64,000 nucleotides of DNA from Candidatus Sericytochromatia bacterium (GCA_018780035.1 JADMKE010000008.1:7778-71777); one strand, 5' to 3'; counted from the first letter of the stretch, positions 46,891 through 57,637 are shown. Numbers and translations: made by a program. Notes: generated by a model from the letters alone, not told the origin.

Positions 46891-49167
46891 ATGTTCAAAC
46901 AGATCTTTCAGCAGGACGGTTATAAACCCCGCGAGGTAGAGCACGCACTCACACCACGGGCCCTGGTCTTTTTGACTGTGATGGTGGCGATTCTCGCGAC
47001 AGCCTTTACAGCCCAAAGCCCCCTGTTTTTGCCCAGTGCGGCAATCAGCGTGACCCTGGGGGGCAGTTGGCTGAGTTGGAAGCGGCGTGAGGCCAAAAAT
47101 TGGTGGATCAAACTGATCCTGGCCCTGCTGATGCTGGTGGCCCTGGCCAATTTTATGTTTGAGATCAGCGATAACCCCTTTGATGCCCGTGTGCCCCTGG
47201 CCCATCTGCTGATCTGGCTACAAGTGCTTCACAGCTTCGACCTGCCCCGGCGCAAAGACCTCTTTTATTCGCTTTGGGTGGCCCTGGTGCTGATCAGTGT
47301 GGCCGCCACACTCAGCCGCGAAGCCAATTTTAGCTTGTTTTTAGTCGCCTATTCTTTTTTCAGTCTGCTCAGCATCTATTACAGCCACCTCTCCAGCCAG
47401 CATGTCAAAGCCCCGCCGATCCGGCTCAGCCTCAAAATCCTGCTGCCTGTGATGGGCCTGACCCTGCTCGGTGCCCTGCTGGCGTTTGTGGTCATGCCCC
47501 GCTATTCAGGTCTCAAAATCCAGAGTTTTCCCGTTTCGATTCAAATGAAAAACCTGCCCTTTTTTCAGGGCGAGATCAAAAACCGGGCTTATCAAAACCG
47601 CAATACCCAAAACAGCTCAGGCAATAATCAGGTGCAGAGCAAACGCGATAAATTTGATCCAATGGCCTATTACGGCTTTAGTACCAAACTCGATTTAAAT
47701 TACCGGGGAAAACTGTCAGATCAGGTGGTAATGCGGGTTCAAAGCAACCGTCCGGCCTATTGGCGCGGCATGTCTTTTGATGTCTACAACGGCCAGAGCT
47801 GGAGCATGACCCACCCCATGCGCCTCAAGCGGCTGGGCCAAGGTCAAAACCCGATCTGGGTCAGGCAGACAGCCCAACTCAAACAAAATGTGGTGCCACG
47901 CGAGCGCCTGATTCAAACCTATTATATTGAAAAAGATCAGAGCAATTTGGTCTTTCATGCCGCTTATGCCGAGCTGGTCTATTTCCCCACCACCTATCTG
48001 CTAATGGACCTCTACGGCGGCCTGCGCAGCCCGATTGAACTCTTTGAGGGCACGGTCTACACAGTCATCTCCGAGGTGCCGATCTTTGACACAAAAAAAT
48101 TGGCGAATATCCGCTGGGAACAGGTCTTAAACCCCATGCCCAGCCAAGAGCAACCCAGCGAATACAAACAGATTCCCGCCCGTCTGCCTGCGCGGGTTAC
48201 TGCCCTGGCAAAAAGCTGGAGCAACAACAGCGAGGGGCCTTATCAGGCTTTGCGCAACATCGAGCAAAAGCTCAAACAAAACTACCCCTACAATCTGGAT
48301 ATCCCCGAATTTCCAGAAAAAGCAGACACCGTCGATTATTTTCTCTTTCAACAAAAGTCGGGCTATTGTGAACATTTTGCCTCGGCCTTTGTGCTAATGG
48401 CGCGCAGCTTGGGCCTGCCCGCCCGCTTTGTGACGGGTTATACCTCTGGGCAATACAATCCCATCACCGGCTATTTTGAGGTGCGCAGCAGCGACGCCCA
48501 CGGCTGGGCCGAGGTCTATTTCCCGCATCAGGGCTGGGTGCCTTTTGATCCCACCCCCGGCTATGTGGCGTATATCGCCGAACCCAGCGTGAACAAAGAA
48601 AACAACGCCAACCAACTGGGCAAGTTTCTGATGCGCTTTTTGCCCGAGGGCCTCAAAAAAGCCCTCGAAAGTGGACTCAATGCTGGCTTGCAATTGCTGG
48701 CCAATGGCTTTAAAGCCCTGAACCAGTTCTTGCAGGTGGTCTCTCCCGCCCAGCTCACCATCTGGGTCGCGGGCCTGATCGGCCTGATTCTGGCGGGGGT
48801 CTATTTGAATTCTCTGCGTGTCAAACGCAGCGTGGCCGCCACGCTCTGGCAACCGGCTTATCGCCAAGAGAGCGCCCGCCAAGCCATCGTCGCGTCCTAC
48901 TTGGCTTGGCTTGAAAAAGCCGAAGCCCGTTTGGGAATTGCGCCGCCCCTGGGGGCCACACCACGGGAGCGGGTTCAGGGTATTTTGGCAGAACGTGAGA
49001 GTGAAACACTACAGCCTGCTTTGGGGGCCTTAACTGAACATTATTATGAGCTGCGCTATAATCCACAGCCGGTGACACCTGAGCGCGTGGCTGCCTGTGA
49101 GGCGCTTCTGCGCGAAGTGGAGCGGGAATTGGGGCAATGGGAAACCGTCAAAGAACTCCAGGCATAG
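46891..49167 (+). CDS. Transglutaminase-like membrane protein (TgpA-type: DUF3488 + transglutaminase core + DUF4129)
   Basis: ORF 46684..49167. The likely start is ATG 46891 (MFKQIF…) before six TM helices. The catalytic core is SGYCEHFASAFVLMARSLGLPARFVTGY … DAHGWAEVYFPHQGWVPFDPTPG (Cys-His-Asp), with a C-terminal TM/DUF4129-like region. Confidence 0.8.
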   Translation: MFKQIFQQDGYKPREVEHALTPRALVFLTVMVAILATAFTAQSPLFLPSAAISVTLGGSWLSWKRREAKNWWIKLILALLMLVALANFMFEISDNPFDARVPLAHLLIWLQVLHSFDLPRRKDLFYSLWVALVLISVAATLSREANFSLFLVAYSFFSLLSIYYSHLSSQHVKAPPIRLSLKILLPVMGLTLLGALLAFVVMPRYSGLKIQSFPVSIQMKNLPFFQGEIKNRAYQNRNTQNSSGNNQVQSKRDKFDPMAYYGFSTKLDLNYRGKLSDQVVMRVQSNRPAYWRGMSFDVYNGQSWSMTHPMRLKRLGQGQNPIWVRQTAQLKQNVVPRERLIQTYYIEKDQSNLVFHAAYAELVYFPTTYLLMDLYGGLRSPIELFEGTVYTVISEVPIFDTKKLANIRWEQVLNPMPSQEQPSEYKQIPARLPARVTALAKSWSNNSEGPYQALRNIEQKLKQNYPYNLDIPEFPEKADTVDYFLFQQKSGYCEHFASAFVLMARSLGLPARFVTGYTSGQYNPITGYFEVRSSDAHGWAEVYFPHQGWVPFDPTPGYVAYIAEPSVNKENNANQLGKFLMRFLPEGLKKALESGLNAGLQLLANGFKALNQFLQVVSPAQLTIWVAGLIGLILAGVYLNSLRVKRSVAATLWQPAYRQESARQAIVASYLAWLEKAEARLGIAPPLGATPRERVQGILAERESETLQPALGALTEHYYELRYNPQPVTPERVAACEALLREVERELGQWETVKELQA

Positions 49168-49192
49168 CTCGGCTGATTCATTCAGTTTAAAT

Positions 49193-49783
49193 TTAGGGGC
49201 TTGGTGTGCTGCTGGGAGTTGGGGTTGGTTCAGTGGGTTTGGAGAGATGAAGGGTGATAGCGTTTGATATGCAGTTTGGATATTTTTTTCCACAGACAGC
49301 ATCAGGTTCAGTCTTCAGGTCAAAGTTTTGTTTTCCCAACACATCACCGTTGAGGTTTCTTAGAGTCACAGCAACTTGTTTAGAATGCCCCACTCTTCTA
49401 AAAAGAAACTGATTAATATTTATAGGCTTTGAATCGTTATACTTAGTAGGCGGTTTTGTAGGAGATGAAGAGGGCGTTGTTGGAACTATCTCCTCAAATA
49501 GTCCCGAGCAAGTCCCTTCTATTGTTTGCATATTAACGACCTCTTTGACTGGCTCTCCTCGTTGTGAAGTAGGCACAAAGAAACATTTTTTTTTGACTGT
49601 TTGAGTATCCAGCTTGAGTTCAAGTTCAATGCTCTCTTTAACGGGAGGGTTTAGATCAATGCTGAGAAAAGGTCCTTCTCCATGACAACCCCCACACCCA
49701 ACTTTTTTACTTTCAGTCTCGCAGCCAATCAAAAGCCCCAAAAGTAAAATCAAAAACCCTCCCAGTATAATCTCTTGTCTCAT
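49193..49783 (-). CDS. Small Cys-motif lipoprotein with PT-rich tail (paralog A)
   Basis: Lipobox LLIGCETE, CGGCHGEGPFLSIDLNPPVKESIELELK, …KYPNCISNAITLHLSKPTEPTPTPSSTPSP*. It is a paralog of 50054..50653. Confidence 0.6.
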   Translation of the reverse strand: MRQEIILGGFLILLLGLLIGCETESKKVGCGGCHGEGPFLSIDLNPPVKESIELELKLDTQTVKKKCFFVPTSQRGEPVKEVVNMQTIEGTCSGLFEEIVPTTPSSSPTKPPTKYNDSKPININQFLFRRVGHSKQVAVTLRNLNGDVLGKQNFDLKTEPDAVCGKKYPNCISNAITLHLSKPTEPTPTPSSTPSP

Positions 49784-50053
49784 TTAATGCCTCTTAAATT
49801 TAAGTCAACAAATTAACAGATAATGAACCCGACCAGTGTTAAAAACCATCTTTTTAGCATAACATCCAATAACTGTTAACTTATCTTTCCTATGTACTTA
49901 TACCAAATGGGAGATATAATTCGCCATTAACGCATACTCATCCATGTTCGTTTAAAGCAAGGAATAACAAGGTTCGGCCATTAGTTGTTTGGCGTGTTTC
50001 CCATCATTTTGGTATTACCTTATTTGTGTGTTGATGAGATCCTTTATTAAAAT

Positions 50054-50653
50054 TTAGGGGCTTGGCGTGCTACTGGGAGTGGGCGTTGGTTCTGCTGGTT
50101 TCGATAAATGAAGGGTGACTTCTGTTGATGTGCAGTTCGGATATTTGGGACTACACCCAGGATATATTTCAGTGCTTAGCTTAAAGTTCTGCTGAGCCAA
50201 CACATCACCAGCAAGGTTTCTTAGAATTACTTGAATTTCCTTTTCTTTGATACCCCAGAAAACAAGTTCATTAATATCAATACGTTGAATGTCTTCTGGT
50301 TTCAAAAATACAGGGAGTGGCAGTTTATGGGACGAAGGTGTTGGGGATGGCGAAGGTGCTGTTGATATACTGGTGCCTGAACAATAAAAGCCCATGCCCC
50401 CCTGTATGTCATCTATTACTTTTGATGATTCCTGTGGATGGAAATTACATTTACGTGTCATGATCGTTTTTGTTTTGTCCTTAAGTTCAATCTCCACGCT
50501 TTCTTTAACAGGCGGGTCCAAACGTATATTTAAAAACTGCCCCATGCCCTGACATGGAGCACACTGCATTAGCTCTTGTTCAGATACGCCACATGAAAAT
50601 AAAAAGGTAAACAGAATACAAAGAGAACTTCGCCAAAACATCTTAAAATTCAC
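50054..50653 (-). CDS. Small Cys-motif lipoprotein with PT-rich tail (paralog B)
   Basis: Lipobox LFSCGVSE, CAPCQGMGQFLNIRLDPPVKESVEIELK, …KYPNCTSTEVTLHLSKPAEPTPTPSSTPSP*. Its 3' end (50044-50100) is near-identical in DNA to 49187-49240. Confidence 0.6.
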   Translation of the reverse strand: MNFKMFWRSSLCILFTFLFSCGVSEQELMQCAPCQGMGQFLNIRLDPPVKESVEIELKDKTKTIMTRKCNFHPQESSKVIDDIQGGMGFYCSGTSISTAPSPSPTPSSHKLPLPVFLKPEDIQRIDINELVFWGIKEKEIQVILRNLAGDVLAQQNFKLSTEIYPGCSPKYPNCTSTEVTLHLSKPAEPTPTPSSTPSP

Positions 50654-50768
50654 TTTGATACCTCACATGAACACTCCTGTTCAACCTCAATGACTATTCC
50701 TGGTTCAGTACAACTTGCGTGATCGTGACAAAGATAATGCCCGTTTGAGTGAGCAAAGCATCAGTCCC

Positions 50769-52274
50769 TTAATGCAGTCGCATCTGAAAGATGGGCGAAG
50801 CGGGTCGTTCGTTACCATGAAAATCATTCGGCTTGAACGTTATATAAACATCGCCATCTGCGTCCACATCCATATCGTTAATCATAAACAACGGCAAACC
50901 CTCTGGCATTAGATCTTTCAAGATATAACGAACCACTTTTAACTCTTGCGTTTTTAAGTTGATGGCAAATAAATAATTGCCCAATAAATAGAGTATTCCC
51001 CGCGACGGATCAATTGCAAAGGCTTCAAAATAGGGCTTTACAGGAGCACACACTTTATTCTCAGGGCAATTAGAGGGTGGGGGCAATAATCCCGGCAGTT
51101 CTTCTAGAATATGTTGGGCAGGCAGTAACCCACCTGAAATAGGTGTTCTCTTCGCTGGCTCGATCAACAAACTGTCCTTTTGAAGGCTGATCAAGGTGGT
51201 GAGCTTTCCGTCGGGGGATATTCGGCGTAAATAGGTCTCATAGATAAAAGGTTCCGAAAAATAGATATTGCCAGCACTGTCCACTTGCAATTTCTCAGGG
51301 TTCCAATAGCTTGCCTCACTTTTGAGGCCATCACGCAAAACGGGGACAGACTGTGGCTGTATCCCCTCTCCAGCGAAATCAATCGAATGACTTTTAGGCC
51401 TTCCATATGGATCAAAATCCCATTTGTATTGCACCCAATTTGTTGTTTGTGGAGTTTCTAAGAAACTTCCTGGAATACAAACGCCCATACCTATAGGGCA
51501 TTTCACAGGAAGCCCCACGGAGTCTGATCCTTCAAGTGTTTTCATTATTCCCCCCAAAGGCCCACTCTCAAAGACCGTTTCGACAGCTTTGTTACGAATG
51601 CGTTTGAACTTTTTATTATCAATCAGATAAATATCCCCATTCGGTGCCACAGTCAGGGCTGTGATCTCAGTAAAACCGGGAGAAATCAGGCTCTCGGCAC
51701 TCACCCGCAATTCATTGCTGGCGGGGCAATCTCCGGCTACCAGGGTCAAGATTCGCGGATACTTTTGAGGGTCTGTGCTGCCTTTGACAATACATTTCCC
51801 ATTGTGGGCATAGACCTCGCCTCCGTAATAACTCAAATCCCGGTTGGCTGGGCTGTAATTCAGGCCCAGAATATGGCCTGTGATCGGCGCGGGTATATTC
51901 TTTAAACCTACCAAACTCTGTGTTTGCTCTAAAAAATACACCGAAGCAGGGCTCTTCTCATTCACCGCAATTTGATTTGCATAACGTTGAAGCCCTGGTA
52001 CCACACCTTCAATGCCATCAGGAAAGAGTGGCTCAACCTTTTTGACCTGCAAAGTGGCGAAGGCATCCTCATTGGGTACAGGCGTAGGGCTGGGCAATGC
52101 AGAGGGGTGTTCTGTGGGTGTGGCAGATGGCTGTGGTGAAGGTCGCAGCGTCTCAGCGACTGAAGGCGACACCGATGGAGCGGGTATGCTCGCTCCCTGG
52201 AGCCCTTGGCAGGACACCAGACTCCAGACAGCTACCAGATAAGCGGCGGCAGGCATGTAACTGAATGTTCGCAT
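50769..52274 (-). CDS. Hypothetical secreted protein or lipoprotein (likely beta-propeller)
   Basis: Signal plus LVSCQG lipobox, P/S/T-rich linker, 501 aa. No catalytic motif recognised. Confidence 0.55.
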   Translation of the reverse strand: MRTFSYMPAAAYLVAVWSLVSCQGLQGASIPAPSVSPSVAETLRPSPQPSATPTEHPSALPSPTPVPNEDAFATLQVKKVEPLFPDGIEGVVPGLQRYANQIAVNEKSPASVYFLEQTQSLVGLKNIPAPITGHILGLNYSPANRDLSYYGGEVYAHNGKCIVKGSTDPQKYPRILTLVAGDCPASNELRVSAESLISPGFTEITALTVAPNGDIYLIDNKKFKRIRNKAVETVFESGPLGGIMKTLEGSDSVGLPVKCPIGMGVCIPGSFLETPQTTNWVQYKWDFDPYGRPKSHSIDFAGEGIQPQSVPVLRDGLKSEASYWNPEKLQVDSAGNIYFSEPFIYETYLRRISPDGKLTTLISLQKDSLLIEPAKRTPISGGLLPAQHILEELPGLLPPPSNCPENKVCAPVKPYFEAFAIDPSRGILYLLGNYLFAINLKTQELKVVRYILKDLMPEGLPLFMINDMDVDADGDVYITFKPNDFHGNERPASPIFQMRLH

Positions 52275-52276
52275 GG

Positions 52277-55200
52277 CTAATACCCCGCTGGGTAGTGCCG
52301 GTATTGGTGGGCCGTATAGTCTTGAATATATGGATTACTGGAGCCCTCTTGATTCTCTTCTGCTCCCCAGACACCCCGCTGGCCTTGGATATTGCGATAG
52401 ACCAGATTGATGCCCTTGTAGACCTCTATGCCTACGTTATAAGGGCCCGTGGGGTTCTCAAGGTAGAAGCCAATATAACGCGGATTCCAGCATTCAAAGT
52501 TGGGGTCATAAATACCACAACTTGAAAACGGATCAAACGGCTGAATCGGCAATTGCTTGCTTATTTCTTGGCTATTGATCGGGGGGCCTACCCGAAACAC
52601 ACCATCTGGCCACTGAATATCATTGGTGTCGTTATAGGTTTGAATTGTCAGACTTTCATCGGGATTGAGATTAAACACCTTCATCCAGAATGGGCCTGTA
52701 CCCACAGGCGAAAATTTACTATTGGTAATCATACGTTCATTATAAACGACTCCTTGGCGCTGATCTTCGGAACCATCAGGCAAAACCTTGTTTTGAAGCC
52801 CTGGAGAGCCTTGAATGTCCCGATAGGCTGCGGTTCCATTGTATTGAGCCCGGAGTTCAAAGCCATAGGTATAGCCGCCCCCATTATTGACAAGCTCAAA
52901 ACGAAACTCATTGCGCTGATCTTTGAGCAGAGGATAGCTGCCGTATTCTCCCAAATAGGCATAATTGTCTTCGCCAGCATGAGCCGTGAGAATAAGCTGA
53001 TCATTGAGGTAGACACGCCCTTCATCATTGCCCTCAATATTAAAGACACGCACACTTTCATACTCACCGGGATTGCCACTGGGCGGAGCGGTAGGTTCAG
53101 GTGTAGGTGGAATGGCTTGAGAGACTTTTTCAACCGCCTGTTCCAGCGTCAGCGTCTGCCCTGAAGCCTTGATCACGACATCGTGTACGCCCGCTGGCAA
53201 ATTGTCGGGAATACCCATGACAGCCAAATCATTGAGAATACTGGTGATGGGCACCAAAACGGGACCGATTTTAACTTCCAGATCGCGGATCGGTTGGCTA
53301 AAACGAATGCCTGCAAATTCATTGGCATCGACCTGAATGCGGAATCCTGGGCGCATCCAGCGGTTGCCCACTTGGTCATAGAGATAGTTATTTTGTGGCA
53401 ATTCTGCAGCAGACGGCACCTCAGATTTGATTTGGAAACCGCCCCCGGTTCCTCCTCCTGATGAATTGCTTTCTTTGATCGACAAAACCTCGATATTTTT
53501 TTCGGGTTCATCAGAGGGCTGGTAACTCCAACCGGTCACTTCTACATTTTTGTTTTCAAAGTCAGAGAAGGGTGCGAATTGCCCCCCCAGATTAAGCCCA
53601 TAGGTATTCCAGAAAGCAGCGTAACTTTCTTGGTGCAAGAGCAACGAAGCCTGTTGAAAAATAGCCGGATCAATACTGGAAGTAGAATCACCATCAAAAG
53701 TTGTCTGTTCCAGATACATCGACAAATCATAATTGCCTGCTGAAGTTTCCAGATAAGGCCGACCATTGCTGTGTTTGCGCAAAGTGCCTGTTCCTATTTC
53801 GAGCAAACGCCCTTGATGCAAAGCAGGGTTTCCCGCAATGGTGGATTCCAAATCCAACACATTTAAACTCAAACTTTGAGGCGGGAGTCGCAGGCCTTTG
53901 CGATTGGTGCCATTTATAACAAAATCTTTGAGCAAAGAGTCAGAGATCTGAATGGTTTTGTAGCGCAGCCAATTGCCTGTTTTTAAATCTTGAATACTTA
54001 AATCTGGCTTGAGCGATTTAAGCAAGGCCAATGCTCCCGCCGTAAAAGGCGTGGCGGCACTGGTACCCCCCCAGTCTGGGCTGACGCCATATTCAAAACC
54101 CTGTGAGCTATTTCTAAACGTGCCAAGGGCAAACATCTTGTCTCCAGGTGCCCAGACTTTGACCACCTGATTGCCATAAGTACTTTCATACTGTTGGATA
54201 TCTGAGTTGGGGGAATTGCTGTTTCCAATCCACCAACAACTAGCTTTGGTCTCATCTGAATCAATATTTTTTATAAATGCACCAATTGGATCTGTCGTAG
54301 AGAATAAAAACCTTTCAGCAACTGCTTCTGGTGAAACATATAAAGCACGTTTAAAAGAGGCTGAATTTTGCATCAAAGCCCCTGCTATCACAATATTTTT
54401 GAGTTTTCCTGCAGGGAGTGTCGTTCGCACATGGTTGCCTGCATTTCCAGCATTAAAGACGGAGATCAGGCGATTCGAAGAGGTGCTGTTATTTCTGGGC
54501 TGGGCAGCCAAATCGATTTGGTATTGCAAAGCCCCCAACCAACCAAAGGGCATGTCTGTTGTAAACTGTTGAACATTTTGCAGCCAATTCTCAGGCCCAT
54601 TGCCCACCATAGAATGCGTAATACTGACAATATCTGCCCTTAAGCGCCCAGCCGCTTCGACTGCCAAACGTAAATCCCAGCCTGTCACAATTTCAAAGGC
54701 ATTAAATTCCGCCGGATCAGGTGTCTCTTTTTTTGAAAAAGTGGAGCCTATTTTGATGGGAATAATTTTTGCATGGGGTGCCACACCCACAATCCCCTTG
54801 CGGTTATTGATGCGAGAAGCAATGGTTGAGGCTTGACTGGTACCGTGATCCGTCTTGCCTTGACCTACAAAAAAATCTGGTTCCAAATAGTGTTCACTTG
54901 GATTGGGAGTTTGCGAAAAGGCAATTCTATAACCTGCTTGGGACTGATTTTCTGGAAAGGCGTTAAAATGCACCTTTGCTGCCCGTGTATACAAAACCTG
55001 GCTATCCAAATCCCCTTGGGCCGACATCGCTTGGTTCAAATTTTGAAAATCGGAATCTACAACCGCCACGCGCACAGGCTTGTTGGTTTGGCGATCATAA
55101 CCCAAGGTATAGTCCCAGGCTTTGAGCACCCCGGTCTGGGTCAGCCACCAACTGTCTTCAGCATCAGCAGACTGGCCATTGGCGGCAAAGCCCTCCGAAG

Positions 55201-56413
55201 AGGAGGGTACATTGCTGTTGAGAATGGGGTTAATATCCATGCTCTGCAATTGATTGCCCTGTCGCACTTCCAACAAAAGCTCCACCATCAGAGCAAACAT
55301 CTGGGCCCCTTCAAGGCTGTCAAATGCCAAATCTTGAATGGCCAGAGAGCCGTCTACAAGTTGGTTAAGTTGCTGGATATGGGCAGGCAAAGCATTCAGA
55401 TTGGCCTGACTCAAATCTAATTTGACCAAAAATTCATCGGCACTGATTTCCCCTGTCACGTAGCCCTTGTATTTTTGCAAAAGGGCATTGAGATTGGCTT
55501 GAACAGGTGCCTTTATCTTCAATTGAAATTCACCCCCACTGTAAGTGGCGGGCACACCACCATTTAAAGCAAAAGTAGGCAAAGAACGGCCATCTGCGCT
55601 TTTGGGTATTTGGGAATAGGGAACCAAACCGCCCAAACTGGTGGGATCATTGGGGTCAAAAATATTGGTGTCATTCCTGCGCACATGGGTGGCCTGGGTT
55701 TCTCCCGGTTTACGCAAAGCCCCCCGACGGCGCAAAACAGTGTCTGCTTGGCCCCCTTCTACGAGGGTAATCCTCACCGCGCTGCCTTGTTTCCCTTTTA
55801 AACGTACCCGAAGTGAGTTCTGGGCATTTAAGAGCAAACTCTCCTGCTGAAACTCCTGGGATTGTCCTTTAAAATCCCCTTCCTTGACCCAATTTGTGCC
55901 ATTGATATTCACGACAACCTGGGCATCTGAACGGGGATCTCCCCATTTTTGTACATGTAAGGTATAGCGTTTTTGGGTATCGCTAACCCGAATTTCACGC
56001 AGCACTTCAAATTCTTGACGTCCCTTGGTAAAGGTTTCACTAAAAACCACAGGCCCATTGGGAAGTGCTTGAATCGAAAAAGTCTGTTCTGAGGGCTGCT
56101 CAAAAACCTGCGTTTTGTGGGGCACTGTTTTTTTAAAGCCGTAACTGGCCAAAGACGGGCTCAGCAAAGCGTTATCAAAACGCATTGACACAGGGCCTGT
56201 ATAAGCTGGGGTTTTTTGAACATGACTCTGCTCTGTAAAGGGCTGATTTTTAGTTGCACCGGTATTCAAGGGGCCCGGAGCACAAGCCGTCAGTGCCAGC
56301 ATCAATACCAAACCAATTGAAGAAAATGTCTCTAATTTGAATATATTTTGAATCATCATCAAAAACTCCTTAAAACGCTTTAAACGCCACACCAAAAGGA
56401 GTGACATAAACAA
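52277..56413 (-). CDS. Large secreted protein containing a subtilisin-like (S8) peptidase domain
   Basis: Signal or lipobox (LMLALTACAPG). S8 triad motifs are present in order: VAVVDSDF (Asp), DHGTSQASTIAS (His), NAGNAGN (oxyanion Asn) and GGTSAATPFTAGALALL (Ser). Long N- and C-terminal non-catalytic extensions flank the domain. Confidence 0.7.
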   Translation of the reverse strand: MFMSLLLVWRLKRFKEFLMMIQNIFKLETFSSIGLVLMLALTACAPGPLNTGATKNQPFTEQSHVQKTPAYTGPVSMRFDNALLSPSLASYGFKKTVPHKTQVFEQPSEQTFSIQALPNGPVVFSETFTKGRQEFEVLREIRVSDTQKRYTLHVQKWGDPRSDAQVVVNINGTNWVKEGDFKGQSQEFQQESLLLNAQNSLRVRLKGKQGSAVRITLVEGGQADTVLRRRGALRKPGETQATHVRRNDTNIFDPNDPTSLGGLVPYSQIPKSADGRSLPTFALNGGVPATYSGGEFQLKIKAPVQANLNALLQKYKGYVTGEISADEFLVKLDLSQANLNALPAHIQQLNQLVDGSLAIQDLAFDSLEGAQMFALMVELLLEVRQGNQLQSMDINPILNSNVPSSSEGFAANGQSADAEDSWWLTQTGVLKAWDYTLGYDRQTNKPVRVAVVDSDFQNLNQAMSAQGDLDSQVLYTRAAKVHFNAFPENQSQAGYRIAFSQTPNPSEHYLEPDFFVGQGKTDHGTSQASTIASRINNRKGIVGVAPHAKIIPIKIGSTFSKKETPDPAEFNAFEIVTGWDLRLAVEAAGRLRADIVSITHSMVGNGPENWLQNVQQFTTDMPFGWLGALQYQIDLAAQPRNNSTSSNRLISVFNAGNAGNHVRTTLPAGKLKNIVIAGALMQNSASFKRALYVSPEAVAERFLFSTTDPIGAFIKNIDSDETKASCWWIGNSNSPNSDIQQYESTYGNQVVKVWAPGDKMFALGTFRNSSQGFEYGVSPDWGGTSAATPFTAGALALLKSLKPDLSIQDLKTGNWLRYKTIQISDSLLKDFVINGTNRKGLRLPPQSLSLNVLDLESTIAGNPALHQGRLLEIGTGTLRKHSNGRPYLETSAGNYDLSMYLEQTTFDGDSTSSIDPAIFQQASLLLHQESYAAFWNTYGLNLGGQFAPFSDFENKNVEVTGWSYQPSDEPEKNIEVLSIKESNSSGGGTGGGFQIKSEVPSAAELPQNNYLYDQVGNRWMRPGFRIQVDANEFAGIRFSQPIRDLEVKIGPVLVPITSILNDLAVMGIPDNLPAGVHDVVIKASGQTLTLEQAVEKVSQAIPPTPEPTAPPSGNPGEYESVRVFNIEGNDEGRVYLNDQLILTAHAGEDNYAYLGEYGSYPLLKDQRNEFRFELVNNGGGYTYGFELRAQYNGTAAYRDIQGSPGLQNKVLPDGSEDQRQGVVYNERMITNSKFSPVGTGPFWMKVFNLNPDESLTIQTYNDTNDIQWPDGVFRVGPPINSQEISKQLPIQPFDPFSSCGIYDPNFECWNPRYIGFYLENPTGPYNVGIEVYKGINLVYRNIQGQRGVWGAEENQEGSSNPYIQDYTAHQYRHYPAGY

Positions 56414-57323
56414 GATTATGGTGGGGATTTAAGTCAAAGCTATTGGGATCGGGGATATGTACAACCGTCTCTGCTGAGCCATCAGCAGTCACCTCAGTCT
56501 GATACCCAAAGCCAAACTCCCCATCAATGGTGGCATAGCTAAACTTGGGAAAAACCAGAAACCCCCGCCCCGTGAGTTTGATATGCAATGGCTTCCCGCG
56601 TTCACGTAAAACTTCTACACTCTCTATTCTGGGTTGCAAGGCACTGACCTCCACAGGAGCAGGTTCCCCGACCTTCAGCAAAGCATCGGTATACCAGCGA
56701 TCAAGCTCTATACTCAGCCGGTGATTGCCCTTTAAATAAAGATCTGGCAAAAGCTGGGTATTCAACCGAACTTTAATTTCAGTCTTCGTAACACTTTCGA
56801 CCTGTAATAAAATGCTGTCATCCAACAAAACTCTGGCCTGTGGCTCTTTACCAATAAAGCTTTGTTGAACCAGCGGCGTTTCAAACTGAAACAGAAAATC
56901 TTTTAACTTGAATTCTTTGTCATTGCGTTTTTCAAACTGACCCTTGATCGTTAAACCAATTTCAGTCCCTGCATAGTCAGGGCGCAAACCAATAAGGGCA
57001 CTTGGCCCCATGATACTTTCACCTGTTGATGTCAAAACAATATCTGTAATTAAAAGTTCGGGCGTTCGTTCACACCGAGAACGGGGCTTAAAGTCCTTCC
57101 AATCCCGATCTGACAGTTTGGGAGGCTTTCTGTTTTCATTGTGGCCTTTATCATGGCCTTTATCTTTGTCATTTTTAGAGCCTTCCTTGGCGGACAGTAC
57201 TAAAAAATCCTGCAGCGTACCCACACTTGGGCTCAATGATTGAGAGACAGGAAGTGACGGGGCGTGACACGCATTTAAACTGAGTAATACAGTAAAAGTC
57301 AGGGCAAGAGGCAAAAACTTCAT
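56370..57323 (-). CDS. Hypothetical lipoprotein
   Basis: Lipobox LSLNACHAPS, a charged Lys/Asp-rich segment and a beta-rich C-terminus. Its 3' end overlaps the downstream gene start by 44 nt. Confidence 0.55.
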   Translation of the reverse strand: MKFLPLALTFTVLLSLNACHAPSLPVSQSLSPSVGTLQDFLVLSAKEGSKNDKDKGHDKGHNENRKPPKLSDRDWKDFKPRSRCERTPELLITDIVLTSTGESIMGPSALIGLRPDYAGTEIGLTIKGQFEKRNDKEFKLKDFLFQFETPLVQQSFIGKEPQARVLLDDSILLQVESVTKTEIKVRLNTQLLPDLYLKGNHRLSIELDRWYTDALLKVGEPAPVEVSALQPRIESVEVLRERGKPLHIKLTGRGFLVFPKFSYATIDGEFGFGYQTEVTADGSAETVVHIPDPNSFDLNPHHNLVYVTPFGVAFKAF

Positions 57324-57637
57324 ACATCCTCCGTGGAGAAAATCTTATTATGAAAAGTGATAAAACGAAGTCAGCCCAAAAAGCGACAATTATGACCCAT
57401 TCTATGGATTCGGTTATAACAAATATACAAAAGCCTGTAAATCACCCTTAGGGTTAGACGAAAATGCAATCTCTCAATCAATGCCCCTTTTTCATTAAAT
57501 TTTGATGATCTTTCTCAGCCCGTATACTCACAAGGTTTACCCCCTAAATCTTCGCTTATTTTGAGGGCATGACGGGTTGACTTTATGCAAAATCATGCTT
57601 TAATTTAATCGAAACTTATAACGCTAGGACTTGATTT

